A stretch of DNA of 64,000 nt from Cyanobacteria bacterium P01_A01_bin.123. GTDB lineage: Bacteria > Cyanobacteriota > Cyanobacteriia > Phormidesmidales > Phormidesmidaceae. The stretch is from NCBI GenBank assembly GCA_039815185.1, contig JBCBZT010000009.1, positions 64,001 to 128,000 of the forward strand, in the 5' to 3' direction. A model generated the notes under the pieces. That model was given only the letters and a program-made list of their open reading frames with translations, made no database searches and was not told the DNA's origin. Within the stretch, counting starts at the first letter, position 1. Each line of letters opens with the position of its first letter. Positions 40,138-49,104 of the stretch are shown piece after piece. Both the position numbers and the translations under genes were made by a program.

Positions 40138-40170
40138 AAAACCCCCGCCTCCTAGTGGGAAGCGGGGGTT
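40138..40170 (-). terminator. Strong intrinsic terminator upstream of the alr0857-like gene
   Basis: Minus strand AACCCCCGCTTCC-CACTA-GGAGGCGGGGGTTTT. Confidence 0.75.
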
Positions 40171-40196
40171 AGACTAACCGAAAGGGTTATCTAAAC

Positions 40197-40652
40197 CTAA
40201 GTCAGTATCAGGATTCGAGACCTGATCTGCCCGCTTCGCCAAAGACGTCGCCCATCGCGATCGCCTGTGAGAAACTTAATGCCGTCTATGCCATGCCCAA
40301 ACGCTGTGACCACAGCATCAAAGCCAGAAGCTACAGCTTGGTAACGCGCTACAGATAGACCCATCCCGGTGGTGCCCGTTGATGGGGTAATGCCAAACGG
40401 GTTAGCCATGCAATAGCAGCCTGCTGGCAAACTGATTGTTTGCAGACGGTTTGCTGGCAACTGGTGACGCTGTAACGCCTGCGATAAAACTTGCGGCGAC
40501 CGGAGGAACCTAGACGCGATGGTCAAAAACCAACTCTCAAGGGCCGTTGCACTGTTGCCGAATAGACGCTCAAGCATTGCGCCCACGCCAAAGTGCATGC
40601 CGCTGCCAGCGGTGCAGTCTAGCTGTAGAGATGTGAACCAATGCTTCGACAT
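40197..40652 (-). CDS. Hypothetical 151-aa ORF, possible leader
   Basis: GAGG RBS before the ATG of MSKHW; ends KFLTGDRDGRRLWRSGQIRSRILILT. Confidence 0.5.
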   Translation of the reverse strand: MSKHWFTSLQLDCTAGSGMHFGVGAMLERLFGNSATALESWFLTIASRFLRSPQVLSQALQRHQLPANRLQTISLPAGCYCMANPFGITPSTGTTGMGLSVARYQAVASGFDAVVTAFGHGIDGIKFLTGDRDGRRLWRSGQIRSRILILT

Positions 40653-40766
40653 GTTTCGGCCCTCAGTGATGATAGACAAACCTAAATGCTCAAAAGCCAG
40701 GTGCTCTAAAAGCCAAATACCTGGACACTTGAACGCTCCAATCAACCCAAACGACCTATTCTTAGG

Positions 40767-40816
40767 TTGACATTATTGATGCTACACGTGTATTACAAAA
40801 ATGTCTACACTGTAGT
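40767..40816. promoter_or_regulatory. Divergent promoter with repeated CTACA/TGTAG operator half-sites
   Basis: TTGACA at 40767; ATGCTACA-CG-TGTATTACA and GTCTACA-C-TGTAGT. Confidence 0.6.
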
Positions 40817-40855
40817 TATCAATTTCTAGCAAATTTTTTGGAGGTGTGCCAACCC

Positions 40856-41197
40856 ATGCAAACCCTGCCCCGAACCTCAACCACAGATATGGAAGTCACC
40901 AGCATCCGTTTAGAGCGCGATTTGAAGGATCGGCTCAAAGCGATCGCGGGGAATCGGGGGTACCAAGCGCTGATTCGAGATATTCTTTGGCTGTATGTGC
41001 AGCAAAAATCCGACGATCTTCAGCCTCAAATTCGTCGTCAAGATATTCGGGCTAGCCTAGATGCGATCGCCCATCAGGAAGAACGCTGTGCGCTCACTGG
41101 AATTGCGATTCAACCCCAAGACCCGATGCTGCTGGGATGGACAGTTACTGGAGAAATGGTGCCCCTCAGCATCGACAGCCTGACGCCTGATGCCTAG
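40856..41197 (+). CDS. Ribbon-helix-helix repressor, TrcR-like
   Basis: MEVTSIRLERDLKDRLKAIAGNRGYQALIRDILW (RHH/CopG pattern); divergent from the alr0857-like gene. Confidence 0.7.
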   Translation: MQTLPRTSTTDMEVTSIRLERDLKDRLKAIAGNRGYQALIRDILWLYVQQKSDDLQPQIRRQDIRASLDAIAHQEERCALTGIAIQPQDPMLLGWTVTGEMVPLSIDSLTPDA

Positions 41198-41362
41198 CCT
41201 GAGGAAATTCCTGTTGTTCCATTGCCCCTCCGTCCCGAGGATGGAGAAGTCAGGCTAGATCTGCAAGGGCTACTCAATGAACTCTACGAGCAACTGGGAT
41301 ATGGTTATTTCATCGACTATGACCAATCGCCGCCGTCACCCTGGTCGTTGACGGAGATTTAA
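41198..41362 (+). pseudogene. 3' remnant of a DUF4058-like gene
   Basis: PEEIPVVPLPLRPEDGEVRLDLQGLLNELYEQLGYGYFIDYDQSPPSPWSLTEI*, with no start codon. Confidence 0.6.
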
Positions 41363-41481
41363 GGTCTATTGCAAAAGAAGCATTGAATCTCAGGGTTTGC
41401 CCTGTGGGTTCGTACCCCTGATCTTTGAGGCCTCCCAGTTAGGCAATCGGCTAATTTGAGAACGTCACCAAGCTTTCAAGT

Positions 41482-44400
41482 TCAGAGGCCATTGCCGATC
41501 AGGATAAAGGATGCCCAGTAGTAGGGATGACTCAAAGCAGCGTGGTTAGCATCAGCATCTCGACCGCCGTCAACGGTAATTGCAATGCCCGCTCGCTGAG
41601 CGTCTAAGACGGTTTGATCGCCGGTAATCAGGGCCATCTGTGCTGATTGCAGGGCTGCGGTTTTAGTCATACCCTGGTTCAGTGCATCGTAAAAGGCACC
41701 CATCAATATTTGGGTGCCGCGATCGCTCACCTGCCATAACGACGCCATTACCGCCTTGGCACCACTCACCTGGAACTGATAGCCCAACCCCAGCACCTCT
41801 TCCCCATTGCCCAAGCCACCCACCCCGGTTTCACAGGCGCTCAATACCACGAGGTCAACACCGTTGAGGGTCCAGTCTTCAATATCCCGTAGGGTAGGGG
41901 TGTCACCATTGCCAAACAGAATGAAAGAATCTTCAGGTACGCCGGGGACAAAGGCGGCGTGGGTGGCGAAATGCAGCACGGTGTATTCGTCCATAATCGG
42001 TCGCAGTGCTTCCAGACTAAAGTCAGCATCAAAAAATTTGCTGGTAGTGGGCAGGATTTCGACTTCATCCCCAGCTCCCGGTAACCCCTGAAACGTATAG
42101 GTATTCCCGTTCACTTCGGGGGTGTGAACCAGGCTTTCGTCGGCATAGGCGGCAGCCAGAATGCGAGGCTCGGCAGTATCTTGAGCGGTCAAGTCAGTGA
42201 CGGCAGTGGCGGTGATGTTTTGGATGCGATAGCGCTGAATCAACCACTGCTCACCATCATGGAGGGAGGCGAGGGGAATGTAGCGCAGTTGCCCATCGGG
42301 GGAGTAAATCAAGGTGTCTATCCCGGCTTCAGCTAGATCAGCTTCGATGGGTGCAATCAGCCAGTCGTAGAGTTGCTGGGCAGGTACTTCAATATCAGGA
42401 TCTCTGCTAGTGAGGGCTTCCCGGAAGGCCAAAATAGTGTGGTTGAGCTCCTCGCGCCCAATCGGAACAGTGCGGCGTAGCGGTGGCGAATCGGGGGTCG
42501 TGATCACCAGTTCAAGGCGATCTTCAAGCACCAGGGGATAGAAGATCGCCGCGTTGAGCTGTTGTAGTTCATCCCGCAGGCGATCCAATTCGTTCAGTCG
42601 CAGACTGGCATCTTGGGCTTCAAAGCTGAGTTGGGAAATCTGTTCACGGACTTCAGGGCTGCGAGAAAAATCCCGGAAATCACCATTAATGTCGTCGAGT
42701 AGGCTGGTGAGTTCGGCGATGCGCTGGTTTTGTTCGACGCTGCGATCGCCTTGGGGAATCGCTTTTAACTCGGCGAGGTCTTGTCCGATTTCAATGGCCG
42801 ATGCTTGTAGGGCGCTGTAACGAGCCAGGATCGCTTCTTCAGGACGCAGGTATTCAACTCCGCTTTCAGTTTGGGCACTGCGCTGTACGTCTTGCAGGTA
42901 GTCGTCGAGTTCTTGAATTTTCAGCAGATCGAGGACGCGCTGGGCTTCGATAATGCGGTCTTGTTGCAGCAGCAGGTCGGCCAGGAGGCGATAGGTCTCA
43001 GCCACAGTATCGGCATAGGACTGTTGTACATCAGTGTCGAGTCCCTGGATGTCCCCCCGAATCGCTTCCCGAATTTCGACAGAGGCTTTATAGAAGATAA
43101 TGGCCAGTTCTGGCTGGTCTTGAAGCGAAAAAAGTTGTCCCAGTCCACTCATTACGGAAGCCCTTTCCTCGCGACTCCCCGTTGCTTCTAGAATGGCGGC
43201 ACTTTGCTGATAGGCATCGAGTGCCTGTGGGTACTGCCCCAGTTGCACATAGGCATACCCCAAAATACCGAGTGTCCGACCTTCTCCAGTGCGATCGCCA
43301 ATGTCACGAGTAATGATGACGGTTTGTTGTGAGTAGTCAACGGCCTGCTGATATTGACCCAGCGCAAGATTTACAAACCCTAGATTGGATAAAATCGTCC
43401 CTTCAGTGCTGCGAGCGCCAATTTCATGGGCAATGGCTAAGGCCTGTTGGTAAAAGACAATGGCTTGTTCATACTGAGTTAGGGAAGCATAACCGCTCCC
43501 CAGATTGGCTAACGCATTGAGTTCTTGTTGACGAGCACCGATATTACGGGCGATCGCTAAGGATTGCTGATGGAAGTCAATGGCACGCTCATATTGACCC
43601 AGGTTACGGTAAGTTGCCCCTAGATTTCCGATGACGATTGCTTCGGCCTGGCGATCGCCGATGTCACGGGCAGTGGCTAACGACTGCTGATAAAAGTCGA
43701 TCGCCTGTTCGTACTGAGCTAAGGCAACATAAGCGCTCCCCAGGTTGCCCAAGGCGTTGAGTTCCCCCTGGGAGTAGTTGATATCGCGAGCGGCGGCTAA
43801 CGATTGTTGATAGAAATCAATGGCGCGCTCGTATTGACTTAGGTTGCGATAAGCCTCGCCGAGATTGCCCAGTACAAAAATCTCGACCTGCTGATTTTTG
43901 ATGTCGCGGGCAATCGCCAAAGATTGTTGGTAAACGTCAATGGCTTGCTCATATTGGGCTAGAGAAACATAGGCACTGCCCAGATGGTTCAGGGCTCTAG
44001 CTTCCCCGTCGCGATCGTTAAGGCTACGATGCAACGCTAAAGCTTGGGTAGAAAAATTAGCGGATTGGCGATGCTCCCCTTGCCGCAAAGCATTCCAACC
44101 CAAATGATTGAGAGCATTTGCTTCTTGTTGATCATCTTCAAGGGTTCGAGCCAGTTCTAACGCTTGCTCAAGTCGATCGGTGGCCTGACGATATTGACTT
44201 AAGGACGTGTAGGCATCTCCCAAGGCAAGTAATATCTTGACCTCTGTCTGTTGATCGCCAATCTCTTGAGTAAGGGTTAATGCTTGTTCAATCCGATCGA
44301 TGGCTTGCTCAGGTTGGTTAAGCGCGACATGGGTACCCCCTAAAGCAATGAGTATATTGATTTGCGTCTGGCGATCGCCCAGTTCTTGATACAGGGCTAA

Positions 44401-44694
44401 AGCGGCTTCCCAGGAGACGAGTGCTTCCTGAAACTGATTTTGGGTGTATTGCTGAATCCCCTGCTGCAACAAGCGATTCGCTTCAGCTTGGATCTCCCCT
44501 GCCTGGGCCTTCTGCTGCGGTACTGCCAACCATGGCTCTAACATCAAGGGCTCTCTGGATGACAATGGCAGTAGCCAAGACTGGGATGGGGTGATGCTGC
44601 TCTCTAGTCCAGCCTGCGACACTTGCGGCCAAAGTATTCCGGCGGCGGTAGTTAATGCCAAGAGCCATCCGAATTTGGTGCTGGGGTGGAGCAT
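41482..44694 (-). CDS. Exported TPR-repeat plus CHAT (caspase-like) protein
   Basis: Signal peptide, many TPR repeats, LHFATHA (His) and LVVLSACETG (Cys), SLWQVSD, HPYYWASF. Confidence 0.92.
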   Translation of the reverse strand: MLHPSTKFGWLLALTTAAGILWPQVSQAGLESSITPSQSWLLPLSSREPLMLEPWLAVPQQKAQAGEIQAEANRLLQQGIQQYTQNQFQEALVSWEAALALYQELGDRQTQINILIALGGTHVALNQPEQAIDRIEQALTLTQEIGDQQTEVKILLALGDAYTSLSQYRQATDRLEQALELARTLEDDQQEANALNHLGWNALRQGEHRQSANFSTQALALHRSLNDRDGEARALNHLGSAYVSLAQYEQAIDVYQQSLAIARDIKNQQVEIFVLGNLGEAYRNLSQYERAIDFYQQSLAAARDINYSQGELNALGNLGSAYVALAQYEQAIDFYQQSLATARDIGDRQAEAIVIGNLGATYRNLGQYERAIDFHQQSLAIARNIGARQQELNALANLGSGYASLTQYEQAIVFYQQALAIAHEIGARSTEGTILSNLGFVNLALGQYQQAVDYSQQTVIITRDIGDRTGEGRTLGILGYAYVQLGQYPQALDAYQQSAAILEATGSREERASVMSGLGQLFSLQDQPELAIIFYKASVEIREAIRGDIQGLDTDVQQSYADTVAETYRLLADLLLQQDRIIEAQRVLDLLKIQELDDYLQDVQRSAQTESGVEYLRPEEAILARYSALQASAIEIGQDLAELKAIPQGDRSVEQNQRIAELTSLLDDINGDFRDFSRSPEVREQISQLSFEAQDASLRLNELDRLRDELQQLNAAIFYPLVLEDRLELVITTPDSPPLRRTVPIGREELNHTILAFREALTSRDPDIEVPAQQLYDWLIAPIEADLAEAGIDTLIYSPDGQLRYIPLASLHDGEQWLIQRYRIQNITATAVTDLTAQDTAEPRILAAAYADESLVHTPEVNGNTYTFQGLPGAGDEVEILPTTSKFFDADFSLEALRPIMDEYTVLHFATHAAFVPGVPEDSFILFGNGDTPTLRDIEDWTLNGVDLVVLSACETGVGGLGNGEEVLGLGYQFQVSGAKAVMASLWQVSDRGTQILMGAFYDALNQGMTKTAALQSAQMALITGDQTVLDAQRAGIAITVDGGRDADANHAALSHPYYWASFILIGNGL

Positions 44695-44814
44695 AGGGAG
44701 TAACCGTGAGTAGACAAAAGCGATTGTTTATTCACCATAGGTTATTCATTGCTAATGCAGACCAACAGGGGCATTAAGCCAGAGACTGTCGGCAACCCTT
44801 GGCAAGTCGTTGAA

Positions 44815-46596
44815 TCATTGTTCGTCTAGCAAAGCAAGAACTTGCTCAGCTTCAGCTATACGGTTTTGCTGTTGCAGCAGGTTGGCAAGGAGGCGATAAT
44901 CGTCAGCGATAGACTCCAGGAAGGATTGTTGCAAATCGCCATTGAGCCCGTTAATACCGTTGCGCATTGACTCACTCACCTCTACAAAGGCTTGCAGAAA
45001 CGCAATCGCCTCCTGTGGCTGATCCTGAGCATTAAAAACTTTACCGATGTTACTGAGCACATTGGCTTCTGTGGCCCGATCGCCAACTTCGCGGGCGATG
45101 GCCAACGATGGTTCATAAAAAGCAAGTGCCTGTTCATATTGACCTAGGTCGGCGTAGGCACTGCCTAAACTGCCTAGGGTAGCCCCCTCCCTCGCCCGAT
45201 CGCCCATTTCTTGGCTGATGACTAGCGATTGCTGGTGGAAGTCAATGGCACGCTCATATTGACCCAATTTACGGTAGGCCTGGCCTAAGTTATTGAGCGC
45301 CACGCCTTCCCCAACACGGGTGCCAATTTCTCGGCTAATGACTAAATACTGTTGATAAAAATCAGCGGCCTGCTCATATTGTTCGAGGCTGAGATGGGCA
45401 TTGCCCAAACCATTCAAAGCACGGCCTTCTCCAGGGCGATTACCGATTTCGCGGTCAATGGCTAAGCGTTGCGCGTAGAAATCAATCGCCTGTTGATATT
45501 GTCCGAGGTTGTTATACACCTTGCCCAAACCACCTAGCGCTTGGCTCTCCCCAGCGCGATCGCTGATTTCCTGGGCAATCGTCAAAGACTGCTGATGGAA
45601 GGTAATGGCTTGTCCATATTGACCTAGATCGTTATAGGATTCGCCGAGATTGCTCAACGCGCTACTTTCCCCAGAACGGTTGCCCGTTTCGCGAGTAATG
45701 GCGAGCTCTTGCTCATGAAAATTGATTGCCTGCTGATATTGTCCGAGCTCCAGATAAACACTGCCTAAATTACCCAGGGCACGGCCTTCTCCGTCGCGAT
45801 CGCCAATTTCCTGCGCAATCGCTAGGTGCTGCTGAAGGAAGTCAATCGCCGATTGGTATTGCCCCAGCCTAAAGTAAGTGGCGCCCAAATTGCCTAAGGA
45901 GGTAGCTTCCCCATGACGATCACTGATATCTTGGGCGATCGCCCAAGATTGCTCATGGAGATCAATTGCCTGTTGATATTGCCCCAGACTGATGTAAATA
46001 ATGCCCAAATTACCCAAGACACTGCCTTCTAATTGACGATCACCAACTTCTTGGGCGATTGCTAAAGATTGCTGGAAGAACTCGATAGCTTGCTCATAGC
46101 GGCTGAGTCTTACGTATGCTCCCCCAAGATTATTTAAGGCAGAGCTTTCCCGGTCTTGATCGCCAATTTCACGCGCAATCATTAAAGACTGCTGATAAAA
46201 CTCAATAGCAGTCTCATACTGACTAAGGCTGAGATATCCGTTCCCCAGAGCATTCAGAGCACGGCTCTCTCCAGTGCGGTCTTGAATCTCCTGGTAGTTC
46301 GTTAGTGCTTGCTCCCATGAAATCAGCGCCTCACGAAACTGGCCACGACGATATTGCTGAATCCCCAACTCTAGTAGGCGATCTGCTTCAGTTTGTTGAT
46401 CCGCTGCCTGGGCTAACACTTGCGGTACTGCTGGGTGTGAAGCGACCAACGCTGATTTAGCTATCGACGATTCCGCCAGCGAAGAGTGGCCTAATGTTGT
46501 TGCCCCCTCTGACGCTGCTTGTGTTCCTTGAGGCCATAGTATTCCGGCTACGGTTAGTGCCAGAAGCCATCTGCGTTTATTGTTGATATGAGTCAT
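44815..46596 (-). CDS. Exported TPR-repeat protein, paralog lacking CHAT
   Basis: Similar signal peptide (GILWPQ) and TPR repeats; ends at YRLLANLL..QNRIAEA. Confidence 0.9.
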   Translation of the reverse strand: MTHINNKRRWLLALTVAGILWPQGTQAASEGATTLGHSSLAESSIAKSALVASHPAVPQVLAQAADQQTEADRLLELGIQQYRRGQFREALISWEQALTNYQEIQDRTGESRALNALGNGYLSLSQYETAIEFYQQSLMIAREIGDQDRESSALNNLGGAYVRLSRYEQAIEFFQQSLAIAQEVGDRQLEGSVLGNLGIIYISLGQYQQAIDLHEQSWAIAQDISDRHGEATSLGNLGATYFRLGQYQSAIDFLQQHLAIAQEIGDRDGEGRALGNLGSVYLELGQYQQAINFHEQELAITRETGNRSGESSALSNLGESYNDLGQYGQAITFHQQSLTIAQEISDRAGESQALGGLGKVYNNLGQYQQAIDFYAQRLAIDREIGNRPGEGRALNGLGNAHLSLEQYEQAADFYQQYLVISREIGTRVGEGVALNNLGQAYRKLGQYERAIDFHQQSLVISQEMGDRAREGATLGSLGSAYADLGQYEQALAFYEPSLAIAREVGDRATEANVLSNIGKVFNAQDQPQEAIAFLQAFVEVSESMRNGINGLNGDLQQSFLESIADDYRLLANLLQQQNRIAEAEQVLALLDEQ

Positions 46597-46839
46597 AGGA
46601 GCAATGGAATAGAAAGTGATGGGTAGCGGAGTAGATGCTTAGCAAGGGGACTATCTATCTCGCTATTGATCTACTGATTCACATTCAGGTTTAGTGATTC
46701 CTGCCTAATGACTATTTTCAAAGTTCAAGTCCAAGATTTTTGGCTTTAAAGGTCAGGTCTGTCTCCAATTACGATTGTGTCTATCCTCAAAGTGATGAAT
46801 CCTGATAATGAGACAACGATATTCAGGGTCACATCTTAT

Positions 46840-47976
46840 CTAGGGACGATGACTTGATACCCAGTGTTGGAGGACTTGTCGCCAACCCATGGGCTGAATG
46901 CGAAAGGGGGTCGAATCTGGATGCCGAAACAGACAAGGGATCAGATGAGCAGAGGGATAGGCTAAATGCTGTTCTAGTTTGAGGTGATCGCAGGCGGTTT
47001 GCAAAGCATCCTGCACGTCCTGATGGGCAACGAGAGACTGGAGAAACTGGACCAGAACATTTTTGGCGACTTGGTTATGAATCGGCTCACGCATGATGGC
47101 AACTTGACTCAAACCCATTGCAATCAGCGCTTCAGCAACGGCTAAGCCCGAGCAAGAATTGAACAGGACAAACTGTAAACCGTTGGTCTGGGCGGTTTGC
47201 AGATAGGGTTGCAATTCTCGGATGGCAAGTGTCGTTTGGGGCGCGACATAAGTGTGTCCAGCAACGACATCTGCTTCGTTACTGTGGCCTGCGAAAAAGA
47301 GGACATCCCAACCTGTTGAATCAGCGATCGCTTCGCATATCGTTTGCTTCAAAGCACCCCTGTCCTGATTGGGTGTCCAACCGACAAAGGTGATGTCCAC
47401 TAGCGATTGTAGGGATTGTAATGCGAGGCGATCGCCTGCAAAATCAAGCCCGGTTTCATCTCCCAAAATTACCAGCACTCGCGGTTTAGGTCGCCCGGGC
47501 TTGGGGGCTTGGGGCGCAACTCGAATGGTGTTGGGTGCTCTAGCAATGCGAATGTGGGTGCTACCAAACTCGGAGCCGATTTCCCAGCTTTCCCAGGGCA
47601 GCCAGGCTATTTCAATCGGTTCACAGGTGAGGAATAAATCAATAGCGGTATTTCGTGCTGCTGTGCTGAGGGCTTTACGAATGTCCGTAAGTTCCTCCTG
47701 CCGCAACCAACGGTGAAACTTCGAGAGTAGCCAAGCTTCGGCTTGTACCAGTTGACTATGTAAATCTAGGTTAGCCGTGTTGACCTGCCCTAAAGTCCCC
47801 ATCCGCCTTGGCCCAACCTGTTGATAGAAGTTTAGGTAGGTCTGCTGCCATTGCTGGTAGTGAATTTCCAAATCTGTAGGATAGGGCATCTGGGCTTGGA
47901 GCCGTTGCCCCCGTTTCCAGATCAGTTCAAATCGGCAAATGCCCTCGATTCTTTGAATGCTGAGTCGGTAGATCAT
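46840..47976 (-). CDS. CHAT-domain protein
   Basis: LPWESWE, PRVLVILGD, LFFAGHS (His), FNSCSG (Cys), MREPIHN. Confidence 0.78.
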   Translation of the reverse strand: MIYRLSIQRIEGICRFELIWKRGQRLQAQMPYPTDLEIHYQQWQQTYLNFYQQVGPRRMGTLGQVNTANLDLHSQLVQAEAWLLSKFHRWLRQEELTDIRKALSTAARNTAIDLFLTCEPIEIAWLPWESWEIGSEFGSTHIRIARAPNTIRVAPQAPKPGRPKPRVLVILGDETGLDFAGDRLALQSLQSLVDITFVGWTPNQDRGALKQTICEAIADSTGWDVLFFAGHSNEADVVAGHTYVAPQTTLAIRELQPYLQTAQTNGLQFVLFNSCSGLAVAEALIAMGLSQVAIMREPIHNQVAKNVLVQFLQSLVAHQDVQDALQTACDHLKLEQHLAYPSAHLIPCLFRHPDSTPFRIQPMGWRQVLQHWVSSHRP

Positions 47977-48037
47977 GATGGCTCATGGGTTGGGCGCACA
48001 TGACACTATGTCTCGAGGGTTATCACTTATTCAGCAT

Positions 48038-48949
48038 TTAAGATGGCGATGATTCTGCCCGTTCAAGCTGTAAGGCTTCAATGAGTTGAGCTAATTCGTC
48101 ACTGTTAGCCCGATAGACTTCACCACAAAAATGGCAAGTTGCCTCTGCCCCATCATCTTTTTCGATCATGTCTTGGAGTTCATCTTCCCCCAGCATCTTC
48201 AACGCCCCGATCATGCGTTGATAGGTACAAGGGCAGTGAAACCGGACTAATTGAGTTTCTGGGAAAATCCGTAGCCCCATATCGCCTAAGAGATTTTCCA
48301 TAATTTGGGGCAGGGTTTTGTTTTCCCGTAGCAGGGGGGTAAAGCCGGTTAACGCTGACAGGCGTGATTCTAAAGTCGAAATCAGTGCAGGGTCTTCTGC
48401 CGCCTTGGGCAACACTTGTAGCAGTAGTCCACCCGAGGCTTCTACCCCCTCAGCACTGACGAATACACCCAAAATTAAAGCAGAGGGGGTTTGCTCTGAA
48501 GTGCCCAAATAGTGGGCCAAATCGTCACCAATTTCCCCTGAAATCAACTCAACGGTGCTGGAGTAAGGATAGCCATACCCCACATCGCGCACCACATAGA
48601 TATAACCTTTGCCCACGGCACCGCCGACGTCGAGTTTGCCTTTACTGTTGAGGGGCAGTTCGATGACTGGGTTATCGACATAGCCCCGGACTGTGCCATC
48701 TACGCCTGCATCCACTAAGACCCCCCCTAAAGGGCCATCTCCTTTGATGCGGACATTGACGCGAGCCTCAGACCGTTTCATGTTCGAGGCGAGCAACAAG
48801 CCTGCAGACATCGTGCGCCCTAAGGCAGCCGTAGCAACGTAGGAAAGCTTGTGACGCGCTCTGGCTTCTTCTGTCAAACGGGTGGTAATCACCCCCACCA
48901 CGCGAATGCCGTTATCGGCTGCCGTTGCTCGGATGAGTTGATCTGCCAT
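48038..48949 (-). CDS. hslO: Hsp33 redox chaperone
   Basis: AALGRT, SEQTPS, CPC...CHFC zinc motif. Confidence 0.95.
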   Translation of the reverse strand: MADQLIRATAADNGIRVVGVITTRLTEEARARHKLSYVATAALGRTMSAGLLLASNMKRSEARVNVRIKGDGPLGGVLVDAGVDGTVRGYVDNPVIELPLNSKGKLDVGGAVGKGYIYVVRDVGYGYPYSSTVELISGEIGDDLAHYLGTSEQTPSALILGVFVSAEGVEASGGLLLQVLPKAAEDPALISTLESRLSALTGFTPLLRENKTLPQIMENLLGDMGLRIFPETQLVRFHCPCTYQRMIGALKMLGEDELQDMIEKDDGAEATCHFCGEVYRANSDELAQLIEALQLERAESSPS

Positions 48950-49047
48950 GAAAAGACCTAGCACACCTTAATATTTTGCAATATTGCCATTGTAGGATGC
49001 GGGGGCCCAGCTTGATGGCAGTTGGCTGATTAAGACGCGCCCCCCAA

Positions 49048-49086
49048 GATTAAGCGCGGTGATTAAGCGCAGTGATTAAGTGCAGT
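49048..49086 (+). repeat. 13-bp tandem repeat, three copies
   Basis: GATTAAGCGCGGT GATTAAGCGCAGT GATTAAGTGCAGT. Confidence 0.75.
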
Positions 49087-49104
49087 GCGCCAATATATCT
49101 TGCG

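Noticed and set aside
40197..40745. TnpB remnant or tRNA gene
   Set aside because: No RuvC or zinc-finger motifs; only a T-arm-like hairpin, with no acceptor stem, D-arm or anticodon arm.
41383..41425. GGGTTCGTACCCC as part of a tRNA
   Set aside because: I could not build a cloverleaf around it.
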